The notes: generated by a model from the sequence alone, not told the origin. DNA of 64,000 nt from Paenibacillus sp. (GCA_044353165.1 JBILCM010000002.1:31477-95476); one strand, 5' to 3'; shown: positions 1-9,397, counted from the first letter of the stretch. Translations and numbers: made by a program.

Positions 1-236
1 AGCAACTGGGGGTGAGCAGCAATCAGCCGGTAAAATATGTCAATACATAACAGGACAGCTTCAAACGGTCTACCCCTCCAGTTTTCAGGGATATAGATCG
101 CAAAAGCTTGAAGTTGAACGCCGCCTTTGGTTAAATTTTTCAATGAAACATCCAATCTTGTGTCTTCTTCAAATCTAATGGATTCATCGATCAATAATTT
201 ACTAAGAACGTCACAATGCAAATCCCATATTTTCAT
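1..236 (-). CDS. membrane dipeptidase (peptidase M19 family), N-terminal fragment running off the left edge of the window
   Basis: Not in the ORF track because it is truncated. A minus-strand ATG at 236 is preceded by GGAGAGGGG. It reads MKIWDLHCDVLSKLL...LTKGGVQLQAFAIYIPENW with no stop down to position 1. The DLHCD and GGVxxQxFA motifs are typical of M19 dipeptidases. Confidence 0.6.
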   Translation of the reverse strand, partial: MKIWDLHCDVLSKLLIDESIRFEEDTRLDVSLKNLTKGGVQLQAFAIYIPENWRGRPFEAVLLCIDIFYRLIAAHPQL

Positions 237-279
237 ACCCTTACCCCTCTCCTATACAACAAAAATACCCCTACTTATC

Positions 280-302
280 AGCAGGAGATTATTCTTCCTG
301 CT
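280..302 (-). terminator. hairpin downstream of spoVS (weak terminator candidate)
   Basis: agcagga (280-286) pairs with tcctgct (296-302). The T-rich stretch on the minus strand is several nt away. Confidence 0.35.
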
Positions 303-330
303 TACAGTAGAGGTTAACGTCACCTTTGAA

Positions 331-591
331 TCACCTGGGTTCCACAATTAACTTAATGGCCGTCCGTTCTTCACCATCGATCTTTATTTCAGTAAACGCT
401 GGTATGCAAATTAAATCCACGCCGCTTGGCGCAACAAAGCCTCTGGCAATCGCAATAGCCTTGATGGATTGATTTATGGCTCCTGCGCCAATCGCTTGCA
501 ACTCTGCAGCTCCCCGCTCGCGCAGTACCCCTGCCAAAGCGCCAGCCACCGAATTCGGGTTCGATTTTGCTGATACTTTTAAGACCTCCAT
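331..591 (-). CDS. spoVS: stage V sporulation protein S
   Basis: 86 aa. MEVLKVSAKSNPNSVAGALAGVLRERG...KLIVEPR is nearly invariant SpoVS sequence. SD GAGGAGG lies upstream. Confidence 0.97.
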   Translation of the reverse strand: MEVLKVSAKSNPNSVAGALAGVLRERGAAELQAIGAGAINQSIKAIAIARGFVAPSGVDLICIPAFTEIKIDGEERTAIKLIVEPR

Positions 592-676
592 GAATTGGAC
601 CTCCTCGGGAAAGCTTCATTCATCACCCGTATGTATGTATATTTATTCAAGCGGGCAAAGAAACATTCCACCTCGG

Positions 677-1471
677 TCATGACATGCGAAACTCGTCTTC
701 ATACAAACGAATAAGTCGAATGGAGTGCGATCTTCCCGTTGTTTCATTAATTTCCAACAAAACTGCATGAAATTGATATTTCCCATCATCAGCTACGAAG
801 CGACTAGGTAATTGGGTCCGGAATTTACGAATGATCGATTCACGTTCCATGCCAAGAATTCCTTCGCGAGAGCCTGTCATGCCTACATCGGTCACATATG
901 CTGTCCCTTTTGGCATGATTTGTTCATCGTTTGTCTGCACATGTGTGTGCGTTCCCAATACGGCTGAAACTTGACCATCCATATACCAGGCCATAGCTAA
1001 TTTCTCGGATGTTGCTTCCGCATGAAGATCAACGATGACTGCTTTTGTTTTTTTGTTTGCTAGCATACTTTCTAAGGTCTGGAATGGACAATCAAGCGGC
1101 GGCATGAATGTGCGTCCCATAAGATTAATAACCATCAATTCTTTACTACCTGACTTTATAGTGACCGTGCCACGACCGGGAGTTCCTACAGGGTAATTCG
1201 CAGGTCGAATTAATCGAGTTTCATGATCAATGAAATCAAAAATTTCTTTGTTGTCCCACGTATGGTTTCCCATCGTAATCGCGTGAACACCCAGATCAAA
1301 AAATTCATTCGCTATGGCTCGTGTGATTCCTTTACCTCCTGCCGCATTCTCTCCATTCACGAGAATGAAATCAGGTCTATGGGTTTGTTTTAAAACGGGC
1401 AAATTTTCACGAAGAGCACGGCGTCCCGAAGCGCCAACAATGTCTCCAACAAATAAAACTTTCATCTTCAC
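677..1471 (-). CDS. ymdB: YmdB-type metallophosphoesterase (2',3'-cyclic-nucleotide phosphodiesterase)
   Basis: MKVLFVGDIVG...NGENAAGGKGIT...GNHTWD motifs. Sits in the conserved position downstream of rny. Confidence 0.93.
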   Translation of the reverse strand: MKMKVLFVGDIVGASGRRALRENLPVLKQTHRPDFILVNGENAAGGKGITRAIANEFFDLGVHAITMGNHTWDNKEIFDFIDHETRLIRPANYPVGTPGRGTVTIKSGSKELMVINLMGRTFMPPLDCPFQTLESMLANKKTKAVIVDLHAEATSEKLAMAWYMDGQVSAVLGTHTHVQTNDEQIMPKGTAYVTDVGMTGSREGILGMERESIIRKFRTQLPSRFVADDGKYQFHAVLLEINETTGRSHSIRLIRLYEDEFRMS

Positions 1472-1502
1472 TCACCCAATCTCATGTCTTGAAACAATAT
1501 AG

Positions 1503-1529
1503 AAAAGTGGCTTGAATCAAGCCACTTTT
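1503..1529 (-). terminator. intrinsic terminator after rny (bidirectional shape)
   Basis: aaaagtggcttg (1503-1514) and caagccactttt (1518-1529) form a 12-bp perfect stem with a 3-nt loop. A and T runs flank both sides. Confidence 0.8.
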
Positions 1530-1533
1530 CGTT

Positions 1534-3081
1534 CTATTTCGCATATTCAACTGCTCTGGTTTCCCGTATGACGGTAACTTTGATATGCCCAGGATAATCC
1601 AATTCGTTCTCAATCTTCTTCGTGATGTCTCTTGCCAGACGGAAAGCATCGGTATCATCAATTCGTTCAGGCTGGACCATGACACGAATTTCTCGGCCAG
1701 CTTGAATCGCATATGATTTGTCAACACCTTCGAACGATTCTGATATTTCTTCCAGTCGTTGCAAACGTTTGATATAAGTTTCTAACGTTTCCCTGCGCGC
1801 TCCAGGACGAGCAGCAGACAAAGCATCAGCTGCACCCACCAACATCGCTATTACAGAAGTGGCTTCTGTATCGCCATGGTGTGATGCAATACTATTGATA
1901 ACGACAGGATGCTCTTTGTATTTTTTTCCTATTTCTACACCAATTTCTACATGTGATCCTTCAATTTCATGATCCAATGCTTTGCCAATGTCATGAAGTA
2001 ACCCTGCTCGTTTCGCTAAGGTGATATCTTCGCCTAATTCTCCAGCCATTAAACCAGTCAAATAAGCAACTTCCATTGAATGTTTAAGCACATTCTGACC
2101 ATAGCTTGTACGAAACTTCAAGCGCCCCATAATTTTGATCAAATCCGGATGAAGACCATGAACACCAACTTCGAACGAGGCTTGTTCTCCGTATTCTCTT
2201 ATACGCTCATCCACTTCCTTGCGCGATTTTTCAACCATCTCTTCAATTCGCGCGGGATGAATACGGCCATCGGCAACGAGCTTTTCTAAAGCATTACGAG
2301 CAATTTCTCTGCGAATCGGATCAAATCCAGACAAAATAACGGCTTCCGGCGTGTCATCGATAATTAAATCAATTCCAGTAAGTGTCTCTAAAGCCCGAAT
2401 GTTTCGTCCTTCACGTCCAATAATTCGACCTTTCATCTCTTCGTTGGGCAATGAAACTACAGAAACTGTTGTCTCAGCAACATGATCTGCAGCGCAACGT
2501 TGAACCGCCAAAGTGATGATCTCACGGGCTTTCTTGTCTGCTTCTTCTTTCGCTTGCTGTTCAATTTCTTTGATGAGTTGAGAAGTTTCGAGTCGAACTT
2601 CACTCTCTACATTGCTCAGAATGATTTGTTTCGCATCTTCTGTAGACAAGCCCGATATGCGCTCTAACTCTTCTACTTGCTTGCGGTAAAGAAGATCAAT
2701 CTGCTGTTGCGTCTCTTCGATTCGCTTCTCCTTATTGGCAAGCTGCTCTTCCTTACGTTCGAGGGAATCTAGTTTCTTATCCAGCGTTTCCTCTTTCTGC
2801 TGTAACCTCCGCTCCAGACGTTGCGTCTCATTCCGACGTTCACGAATGTCTCGTTCGGCCTCAGTGCGAAATTTATGAATCTCATCTTTCGCCTCCAAGA
2901 TCGTTTCTTTTCTGAGCGCTTCGGCTTCTTTCGAAGCACTATCTACAATGTTTCGAGCCGCTTCTTCTGCGCTTGAAATTTTGGCTTCGGCAAAGGACTT
3001 CCGAATAAAATAACCGATCCCTAAGCATGCTGCGCCAACAACGAGTGCGATGATCAATGTGATCCACCATTGTGGATTCAT
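1534..3081 (-). CDS. rny: ribonuclease Y
   Basis: N-terminal TM helix, coiled coil, KH domain ([11 protein letters not shown]) and HD domain (HSMEVA...LLHDIGK). Start re-set to the ATG at 3081 (MNPQWW), which has GGGGAGGTGA 5 nt upstream. The ORF-track start at 3108 is an extension. Confidence 0.96.
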   Translation of the reverse strand: MNPQWWITLIIALVVGAACLGIGYFIRKSFAEAKISSAEEAARNIVDSASKEAEALRKETILEAKDEIHKFRTEAERDIRERRNETQRLERRLQQKEETLDKKLDSLERKEEQLANKEKRIEETQQQIDLLYRKQVEELERISGLSTEDAKQIILSNVESEVRLETSQLIKEIEQQAKEEADKKAREIITLAVQRCAADHVAETTVSVVSLPNEEMKGRIIGREGRNIRALETLTGIDLIIDDTPEAVILSGFDPIRREIARNALEKLVADGRIHPARIEEMVEKSRKEVDERIREYGEQASFEVGVHGLHPDLIKIMGRLKFRTSYGQNVLKHSMEVAYLTGLMAGELGEDITLAKRAGLLHDIGKALDHEIEGSHVEIGVEIGKKYKEHPVVINSIASHHGDTEATSVIAMLVGAADALSAARPGARRETLETYIKRLQRLEEISESFEGVDKSYAIQAGREIRVMVQPERIDDTDAFRLARDITKKIENELDYPGHIKVTVIRETRAVEYAK

Positions 3082-3245
3082 CAGGTTCACCTCCCCGCTG
3101 CGACACAACGGTTGAGCTTAAGGTTAACGGCTCAACGATGTGCCCTTGTTTAGTTGTGTAATGTTCCATCATCTGTAATTTTCATCTTAAGTTCACATGC
3201 AAAAAAAATAACATGTCGGCGAAAATTAAACAAATATACAATTCC

Positions 3246-3275
3246 ATTGTATCTTTCATTTATAAAAAATGTCAA
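3246..3275 (-). promoter_or_regulatory. sigma-A-type promoter of rny (TTGACA-N18-TACAAT)
   Basis: Minus strand: TTGACA at 3275-3270 and TACAAT at 3251-3246, spacer 18 nt. It would give a leader of about 160 nt. Confidence 0.55.
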
Positions 3276-3292
3276 GCTATCGAAACAACCGG

Positions 3293-3961
3293 CTATTCCC
3301 AATCCATATCTTCAATTCGTATATCCATTGTTTGGTTATTTGTTACAACCTGAATCGCTTTACGAACGCTTGAAGCGCAAAATCCCCTTCTTGACAAAAA
3401 ACCATATAGCTTACGAATGGCTTCGGTATGTTCGTGTTTACTTGTGAAATGACTCCAACGTTTACTGGCAATCTTGATTGCACTTTGTAATTCTTCCTGT
3501 TCATGAATTGAAGCTATAGTTTCCTTCACCGTGTCGCTTTGTACACCTTTATGGAGCAATTCATGTTGAACCCAGCGTATCCCTTTACCATGAGAATGTA
3601 TACGTTCGTTAGCTAAGGATTTACTGTATTCTACATCATCTAAAAATCCTTGCTGCTTGCATTGGGTGATACAATCTTCAATTATGATTGCATCAACCCC
3701 CTTCATTTGCAATCGAGAACGGACTTCTCGTTCCGTTCGGGGACGAATGCCCAGCCAAGTGACTACTTTATGATACGCATCTTGCATCACCTGGTCATGT
3801 CGAACACAATTGACCTTGCTTGCATCGATCCGCATGCCTTTGGATAATTGATACTTCACTAGAACATCTGTATGCACTGAGAATGTGAAGACCTCATCAA
3901 TAAAGACATCATATTGTTTCTTTTTTCGATCGTACTCAATCAGCGTTATCAAGCCACCCAT
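3293..3961 (-). CDS. recX: recombination regulator RecX
   Basis: RecX-like three-repeat helical sequence (RPRTEREVRSRL..., GKGIRWVQHELLHKGV..., KLYGFLSRRGF). Lies immediately downstream of recA. The start is uncertain: 3961 (MGGLITLIEYD) is preferred because the 4006 start would place a strong hairpin (3998-4025) inside the ORF. Confidence 0.8.
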   Translation of the reverse strand: MGGLITLIEYDRKKKQYDVFIDEVFTFSVHTDVLVKYQLSKGMRIDASKVNCVRHDQVMQDAYHKVVTWLGIRPRTEREVRSRLQMKGVDAIIIEDCITQCKQQGFLDDVEYSKSLANERIHSHGKGIRWVQHELLHKGVQSDTVKETIASIHEQEELQSAIKIASKRWSHFTSKHEHTEAIRKLYGFLSRRGFCASSVRKAIQVVTNNQTMDIRIEDMDWE

Positions 3962-3997
3962 GGAGCAATGCACACCTTTTTCTAATTTCTTGCAGAG

Positions 3998-4025
3998 CAG
4001 CGGCACCCTAAGAAGGGTGCCGCTG
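3998..4025 (-). other. GC-rich hairpin between recA and recX without a U-tract
   Basis: cagcggcaccc (3998-4008) pairs with gggtgccgctg (4015-4025), an 11-bp stem with a 6-nt loop. There is no T-run on either strand. Confidence 0.6.
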
Positions 4026-4037
4026 TGCTATTGTTCG

Positions 4038-5084
4038 TCATACATTGTCTTCTTCATCATAGTCTTCGTCAGTGTCATTCGATTGGATAGGTAATCCTGT
4101 AGCTACGACGGCGGCTTCTCGGATACGTTTCTCAATCGCTTCAGAAATCGAAGTGTGGTCTTTCAGAAACTGTTTAGCATTCTCTCGACCTTGCCCAAGA
4201 CGTTCTCCGCTGTATGAAAACCATGCACCGCTTTTTTGGACGATTTCCAATTCAGTGCCAATGTCAATAATGCTACCCTCTTTAGAAATGCCTTCTCCGT
4301 ACATTATATCAATGTCGGCCTGCTTGAATGGCGGAGCAATTTTATTCTTAACAACCTTGATTCGCGTGCGATTCCCAACCATATCATTACCTTGCTTGAT
4401 TGTTTCGACACGTCTGACATCCAATCTTACGGAAGAGTAAAATTTAAGTGCACGTCCACCGGGCGTTGTTTCGGGGTTCCCGAACATCACGCCTACTTTC
4501 TCGCGAAGTTGATTAATGAAAATAGCGATAGTCTTTGATTTACTAATCGCCCCCGACAGTTTTCGTAACGCCTGAGACATGAGGCGTGCTTGTAAACCGA
4601 CGTGAGAATCCCCCATCTCTCCCTCAATCTCGGCCTTCGGTACGAGAGCAGCAACGGAATCAATAACGATAATGTCTACAGCACCGCTTCGTACCAATGC
4701 TTCCGCAATTTCTAAAGCTTGTTCGCCTGTGTCAGGTTGTGATAATAAAAGTTCATCAATGTTAATCCCAAGCTTTGATGCATAAACCGGATCTAGCGCA
4801 TGCTCAGCATCAATAAATGCTGCTTGTCCGCCTTTCTTCTGCACTTCTGCAATAGCATGAAGTGCAACCGTGGTTTTCCCGGAGGATTCAGGGCCATAAA
4901 TTTCGATGATTCGACCCCTCGGAAATCCGCCCACACCTAGCGCAATGTCGAGTGCAAGTGAACCGCTCGACACGGTCTCAACTTGAAGTTGCGCATTTTC
5001 CCCCATTTTCATGATGGAACCTTTGCCGAATTGCTTCTCAATCTGGCGAAGAGCCATCTCCAGTGCCACACGACGATCGCTCAT
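4038..5084 (-). CDS. recA: recombinase RecA
   Basis: [28 protein letters not shown]...GPESSGKTT... is canonical RecA. Start re-set to the ATG at 5084 (SD AAAGGAAGTGG). The ORF-track start at 5159 would cover its own promoter and LexA box. Confidence 0.98.
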   Translation of the reverse strand: MSDRRVALEMALRQIEKQFGKGSIMKMGENAQLQVETVSSGSLALDIALGVGGFPRGRIIEIYGPESSGKTTVALHAIAEVQKKGGQAAFIDAEHALDPVYASKLGINIDELLLSQPDTGEQALEIAEALVRSGAVDIIVIDSVAALVPKAEIEGEMGDSHVGLQARLMSQALRKLSGAISKSKTIAIFINQLREKVGVMFGNPETTPGGRALKFYSSVRLDVRRVETIKQGNDMVGNRTRIKVVKNKIAPPFKQADIDIMYGEGISKEGSIIDIGTELEIVQKSGAWFSYSGERLGQGRENAKQFLKDHTSISEAIEKRIREAAVVATGLPIQSNDTDEDYDEEDNV

Positions 5085-5113
5085 GGAACCACTTCCTTTT
5101 CTCAGATAATTAC

Positions 5114-5142
5114 ATGATACCTTCTTTTTGACGGATTGCCAA
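5114..5142 (-). promoter_or_regulatory. sigma-A-type promoter of recA (TTGGCA-N17-TATCAT)
   Basis: Minus strand: TTGGCA at 5142-5137 and TATCAT at 5119-5114, spacer 17 nt. Confidence 0.55.
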
Positions 5143-5152
5143 TCCTTTTTTT

Positions 5153-5166
5153 CGAACATACATTCG
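5153..5166 (-). promoter_or_regulatory. LexA operator (Cheo box) upstream of recA
   Basis: CGAACATACATTCG (minus strand CGAATGTATGTTCG) compared with the Gram-positive SOS box consensus CGAAC-N4-GTTCG: one mismatch. It lies just upstream of the -35, as at B. subtilis recA. Confidence 0.7.
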
Positions 5167-5190
5167 ATAATGTTCTATGTATCGAGAAAA

Positions 5191-5221
5191 CAAAAAACCG
5201 TAGCAAATAAATTTGCTACGG
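5191..5221 (-). terminator. intrinsic terminator after cinA
   Basis: ccgtagcaaa (5198-5207) pairs with tttgctacgg (5212-5221). It is followed on the minus strand by TTTTTTG (5197-5191). Confidence 0.8.
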
Positions 5222-5273
5222 TGCTTCCGTTAAATATATGGTACAACAACGGTCTAATAATGACAAGATAAGA

Positions 5274-6518
5274 TTACCGAATTCGCCGCCAAAGCTGATA
5301 AAACCCTGTACGACAAGCACGCAATTTGATCATTTCACGACTTCCTGATAGTTGAAGTGTTTCAACTATCGTCGGCTGATTTCTCCCAGAAATTCCAATA
5401 TAGATCAATCCGGGTGGCTTACCCTCTGCTGCATCAGGACCTGCTACACCTGTAAAAGAAATCCCATAATCCGTGTGAAGGACATCCATCGCACGTTCAG
5501 CCATCATTGCCGCGACTTCAGGACTGATTGCACCCGGAGCATCTGGACCTTCGAGCAATTCAAGCGGAATACCCAGTTGCACGTGCTTTGCTCTATTCGT
5601 ATAACAACAAAACCCGCCAGCAAAAATTGCTGAACTTCCAGTATGTGAGGTAATCATATTTGAGAATAATCCACCTGTACAGCTTTCAGCTGTCGCTAAT
5701 GTGATTTCTTTTTGTTTAAACAACTGGACAATCACTTGGTCTAAACTTACATCTTCTTCTGCATAAAGGTGACTTCCAACACGATTGCGAATTTCTGCTT
5801 CTGTAGCTGCCATTCGCTCCATCGCTTCTAATTCATTCGATGCTCGCGTTGTCAGTCGGATCATGACTTCTCCTTCTTTCGCATAAGGAGCAATGGTTGG
5901 ATCCGCTTGGGACGAAATTAGATCAAGCAGCGCATATTCAAGGCTCGATTCACCAATACCGGCAAACTTTAACGATTTCGAATAAAGCGGTCGTTTCTCT
6001 CCAAGAGACTGGCGAAGCCAAGGTTTTGCGTAGCGGTCAAACATGACCGTTAATTCTTTCGGAGGTCCCGGCAATAAAATGTAGCATTTCTCTGCACATC
6101 TGATGGCCGTGCCAACAGCCATACCCGTATCGTTGGGTAAAGGATCGGCTCCAACCAACGTGAGCGCCTGTCTGCGGTTACTTTCGACCATCGTAATATT
6201 GCGTGATACAAAAAAATGCTCAATTTTCATCAAAGATTGTTGATCCATCATAAGCTCAACACCAAGATGATTCGCAAGCGCATCACGTGTGAGATCGTCC
6301 AAAGTAGGCCCTAACCCGCCTGTACATATAATAATATTTGCGCGTTCAGATGCGATGCGCAACGCTTCACAAATACGGTCAACATTATCTCCAACAACCG
6401 TCTGGAAATATACGTCTATGCCGATAGCTGCACACTGTTCAGATAAATACCTTGCATTTGTATTGACGATTTGGCCGAGAAGCAACTCGGTTCCGACTGC
6501 TATAATTTCAGCTTTCAT
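5274..6518 (-). CDS. cinA: competence/damage-inducible protein CinA (MoCF-binding domain plus NMN deamidase domain)
   Basis: MKAEIIAVGTELLLGQIVNTN... N-terminal domain and C-terminal CinA domain (TLATAESCTGG). Conserved position upstream of recA. The start at 6518 or 6539 is ambiguous. Confidence 0.92.
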   Translation of the reverse strand: MKAEIIAVGTELLLGQIVNTNARYLSEQCAAIGIDVYFQTVVGDNVDRICEALRIASERANIIICTGGLGPTLDDLTRDALANHLGVELMMDQQSLMKIEHFFVSRNITMVESNRRQALTLVGADPLPNDTGMAVGTAIRCAEKCYILLPGPPKELTVMFDRYAKPWLRQSLGEKRPLYSKSLKFAGIGESSLEYALLDLISSQADPTIAPYAKEGEVMIRLTTRASNELEAMERMAATEAEIRNRVGSHLYAEEDVSLDQVIVQLFKQKEITLATAESCTGGLFSNMITSHTGSSAIFAGGFCCYTNRAKHVQLGIPLELLEGPDAPGAISPEVAAMMAERAMDVLHTDYGISFTGVAGPDAAEGKPPGLIYIGISGRNQPTIVETLQLSGSREMIKLRACRTGFYQLWRRIR

Positions 6519-6552
6519 TCCTAATAACACCCCTAGCACGGCAATAAAATGT

Positions 6553-7131
6553 TTATTTCATCTGTTCGATCACGTTCTTATTTTTAATAAAATAGTCTAC
6601 CCCGGAATATATCGTAATCGCCGCAGCGGCCCAACTGGAGATGATGTCAAAAGGAATACCTATGAAATAAAACGGAAAGTTATTCAGAAGAAGAGCAATA
6701 ATCATCGTGATTTGAATTCCCGTCTTCCATTTACCCCAAGCGCTGGCCGCAACTACTTTGCCTTCTAGCAAGGCGACTTGGCGTAGTCCTGTAATTGCAA
6801 ATTCACGAGAAATGATAAATATGGCAATCCACGCATCCAATTTCTGCATCTCGACAAGCGATATTAACACTGCAGCAACAAGTAACTTATCAGCGAGCGG
6901 GTCTAACAGTTTGCCAAGGTTTGTAACCATTTTGCGCGAACGCGCAATATAGCCATCAAGCCCATCAGTACTTGCGGCAACAATGAAAATAATCGTAGCG
7001 ATCAGTTGATTGTACGTAATCGAAAATCCAGCAAAGTGCAATTCAGGCAAGTTAATTTTGGCCAAAAGAAAAAACATAATAATCGGAACAAGAAAAATAC
7101 GCGCTAATGTAATCCTATTGGCTAAGTTCAT
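6553..7131 (-). CDS. pgsA: CDP-diacylglycerol--glycerol-3-phosphate 3-phosphatidyltransferase
   Basis: MNLANRITLARI...DGLDGYIARSRKMVTNLGKLLDPLADKL is the CDP-alcohol phosphatidyltransferase motif. Confidence 0.95.
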   Translation of the reverse strand: MNLANRITLARIFLVPIIMFFLLAKINLPELHFAGFSITYNQLIATIIFIVAASTDGLDGYIARSRKMVTNLGKLLDPLADKLLVAAVLISLVEMQKLDAWIAIFIISREFAITGLRQVALLEGKVVAASAWGKWKTGIQITMIIALLLNNFPFYFIGIPFDIISSWAAAAITIYSGVDYFIKNKNVIEQMK

Positions 7132-8459
7132 GAAGTAACACCTACACCTGTTAAATCAAAATCCAAAGAATGTGTAATTCTTACCGGGTGTATCTGTCCA
7201 ATATCCGGCTTGCATCCCGACACATATACTTCCCCATCAATTTCTGGAGCATCATATTGCGATCTCCCAATATAAACATCATTGCGGCCGTCATACCTCT
7301 CAATTAACACGTGGATTGTCTGACCTATAAAGCGCCCATTAATCTCCTTTGATATTTCGCGTTGAATCTCCATTAACTGAGAGGCTCGTTCTTCCTTTAT
7401 GTCCTCAGGCACTTGATTCGGCAACCGTGCCGCGGGAGTATCTTCTTCTTGAGAATACGCGAAAACACCTAAGCGATCAAATTTGATATCCCGCACAAAT
7501 TGCATCAGATTCTGAAAATCTTGCTCCGTCTCGCCGGGAAACCCTACGATCATCGATGTGCGGAGTACGACGTTCGGAATACGTTGCCGGATCTTATCTA
7601 CGAGCTCTCGAACATCACGCTGTCGACCGGGACGCCGCATCAGCTTGAGAATACGATCTTCAGAATGTTGCAATGGCATATCAATATATTTGCATATTTT
7701 GGGATTTGACGCCATCATATCAATCAATTCATCTGTAAAAAAACCCGGGTATGCATAATGCAGGCGCACCCATTCAATTCCCTCAACTTGCGCAACGCGT
7801 TGCAACAACGTGGGTAACATGAATGTTTGATACAGGTCTGTGCCATAATTCGTTGAATCTTGTGCAATTAACGAAATTTCTTTGACTCCTTGTTTCGCAA
7901 GCAAATCTACTTCAGCTAAGATGGATTCCATGCTCCGGCTCCGGAATGCACCGCGCATCAATGGAATTGAACAAAAAGTACAGGCATTGTCGCAGCCTTC
8001 TGCAATTTTCACGTAAGCGGTGTAGCGTGGTGTGGTCACCTTGCGTGGAAGAGCTTGCTCGTAATTGAATACAGGGTTCCCAACCATAACAGGTTTCTTC
8101 CCTCGCAGCGCGGCCTCTACAATGTCATTGATTTTGTCAAAATCACCTGTGCCAACAATGCCGTCGATCTCTGGCATTTCTTCCATTAATTGTTCCTTAT
8201 AGCGTTGTGTCAGGCAACCAGAAACAATCAGTGCTTTAAGTGAACCTGTATGCTTTAGTTCTGCCATTTCAAGAATGGTGTTCACAGATTGTTCTTTCGC
8301 TGCATCAATAAACCCACATGTATTCACAATGATGACAGTGGCCTCTTCGAGATGCTCTACAAGCTGATAACCGCGTTGTGAAACGAGTCCCGACATAATT
8401 TCAGAATCTACAAGGTTTTTCTCACAGCCGAGCGTTACCATTTTAATTTTTTCGGTCAT
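7128..8459 (-). CDS. rimO: ribosomal protein S12 methylthiotransferase RimO
   Basis: MTTase N-domain (LGCEKNLVDSE), radical-SAM CxxxCxxC (CDNACTFC) and C-terminal TRAM domain. About 440 aa, typical of RimO. Confidence 0.9.
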   Translation of the reverse strand: MTEKIKMVTLGCEKNLVDSEIMSGLVSQRGYQLVEHLEEATVIIVNTCGFIDAAKEQSVNTILEMAELKHTGSLKALIVSGCLTQRYKEQLMEEMPEIDGIVGTGDFDKINDIVEAALRGKKPVMVGNPVFNYEQALPRKVTTPRYTAYVKIAEGCDNACTFCSIPLMRGAFRSRSMESILAEVDLLAKQGVKEISLIAQDSTNYGTDLYQTFMLPTLLQRVAQVEGIEWVRLHYAYPGFFTDELIDMMASNPKICKYIDMPLQHSEDRILKLMRRPGRQRDVRELVDKIRQRIPNVVLRTSMIVGFPGETEQDFQNLMQFVRDIKFDRLGVFAYSQEEDTPAARLPNQVPEDIKEERASQLMEIQREISKEINGRFIGQTIHVLIERYDGRNDVYIGRSQYDAPEIDGEVYVSGCKPDIGQIHPVRITHSLDFDLTGVGVTS

Positions 8460-8531
8460 GCTTAATGTCCTCCAATTTCAAACCAAATACCATTCTGTCC
8501 AAGTTATTATAATATAGGTGACAATATATGA

Positions 8532-9023
8532 CTATCGCATATTCACAAATTGCAACTCCAGAGGCAAATCAGCCGAACGTAATAAAGCGATGACGGATTG
8601 CAAATCATCTTTACTTTTTCCTACAACCCGAATTTGGTCTGCTTGAATTTGAGACTTCACTTTTAATTTTGAATCCCGAATTAAAATATTGATTTTCTTG
8701 GCTTCGTCCTGGCCAATCCCTTGCTTTAGCTTCACATGTTGCCGAACAGAACCTCCGGAAGCAGGTTCAAGTTTGCCGAACTCCATATTTTTTATCGAAA
8801 TTCCTCTTTTGGACATCTTACTCTGCAAAATATCAATAACACTCTTCATTTTGTATTCATCGTCAGAGACAATGACTAGCACTTCTTTCTCTATTGTCAC
8901 TGAGCTTTTGCTGCCTTTGAAATCAAACCGATTTTCAATTTCTTTCATGGTTTGTGACACAGCGTTGGATAATTCTTGCATGTCAACTTTGGAGACAACA
9001 TCAAACGAATATTCTGTACTCAT
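8532..9023 (-). CDS. yajQ: YajQ family nucleotide-binding protein (UPF0234)
   Basis: [22 protein letters not shown]...NRFDFKGS... is the typical YajQ N-terminus. Start re-set to the ATG at 9023, with GAAGGAG 8 nt upstream. Confidence 0.9.
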   Translation of the reverse strand: MSTEYSFDVVSKVDMQELSNAVSQTMKEIENRFDFKGSKSSVTIEKEVLVIVSDDEYKMKSVIDILQSKMSKRGISIKNMEFGKLEPASGGSVRQHVKLKQGIGQDEAKKINILIRDSKLKVKSQIQADQIRVVGKSKDDLQSVIALLRSADLPLELQFVNMR

Positions 9024-9062
9024 CAAGATTACTCCTTCTACAGCCATTAGTTCTTAAGTTGT

Positions 9063-9092
9063 AGTATAACAAGAACGATTCCAAAATGCCAA
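9063..9092 (-). promoter_or_regulatory. sigma-A-type promoter of yajQ (TTGGCA-N18-TATACT)
   Basis: Minus strand: TTGGCA at 9092-9087 and TATACT at 9068-9063, spacer 18 nt. It lies immediately after the 9100-9129 terminator. Confidence 0.45.
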
Positions 9093-9099
9093 AGACACC

Positions 9100-9129
9100 A
9101 AAAAGGCACTCGCTGTGTAAGCGAATGCC
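9100..9129 (-). terminator. intrinsic terminator after the 54-aa mini-ORF
   Basis: ggcactcgc (9105-9113) pairs with gcgaatgcc (9121-9129) with one mismatch. It is followed on the minus strand by CTTTTTGG. Confidence 0.65.
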
Positions 9130-9156
9130 CGTTTGTTTCAACGTTCGAACATATTC

Positions 9157-9321
9157 TTATGTTCGGGTACGCGTTGTATCGCGGAACATGTCCAAAATCC
9201 CGAGTACGATGTGAGCCAAACCAAAACCAAAAATACCGTAACCCCAAGCGTCAGGCGTTAAATACCAGCCTAACAAACTGACAACAACACCTAGACCTGT
9301 GACAATCCAACTGATGGCCAT
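9157..9321 (-). CDS. hypothetical 54-aa two-helix membrane mini-protein
   Basis: Below the ORF-track size cutoff. ATG at 9321 with GAGGGA 7 nt upstream. Translation is MAISWIVTGLGVVVSLLGWYLTPDAWGYGIFGFGLAHIVLGILDMFRDTTRTRT, stop TAA at 9157-9159. Two hydrophobic helices are followed by a basic tail. An intrinsic terminator follows at 9100-9129. Confidence 0.5.
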   Translation of the reverse strand: MAISWIVTGLGVVVSLLGWYLTPDAWGYGIFGFGLAHIVLGILDMFRDTTRTRT

Positions 9322-9397
9322 CGGATTTCCCTCACTTTGTATGAAATCTTACACCTATACTCCAGTTAGGTTACCCAATACGCATCACAATATTCCC

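Noticed and set aside
592-676. A possible sigma-H promoter for spoVS (AGGTGGAAT ... GAATAA).
   Set aside because: The spacing between the AGG-type -35 and the GAAT -10 is about 18 nt, against the 11-12 nt expected. I could not place a convincing promoter of any class.
6289-6768. A 159-aa plus-strand ORF spanning the cinA-pgsA junction, and similar antisense ORFs (26389-26802, 27417-27848, 44615-45025, 52588-53007, 57982-58488).
   Set aside because: All are antisense to conserved, well-supported genes. They lack SDs and have compositions typical of reverse-frame translation of AT-leaning coding DNA.
9146-9165. The palindrome CGAACATA-TTCT-TATGTTCG, whose arms look like LexA (Cheo box) half-sites.
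   Set aside because: The Cheo box needs CGAAC-N4-GTTCG, and here the half-sites are 10 nt apart. It overlaps the stop codon of the mini-ORF and is more simply a 3' RNA hairpin.
9047-9247. The ORF-track 66-aa ORF in the yajQ-rodZ gap.
   Set aside because: It has an odd composition (WFWFGSHRTRDF...) and no SD, and it runs through the 9100-9129 terminator and the yajQ promoter. The 54-aa ORF in another frame (9157-9321), with SD and terminator, explains the region better.
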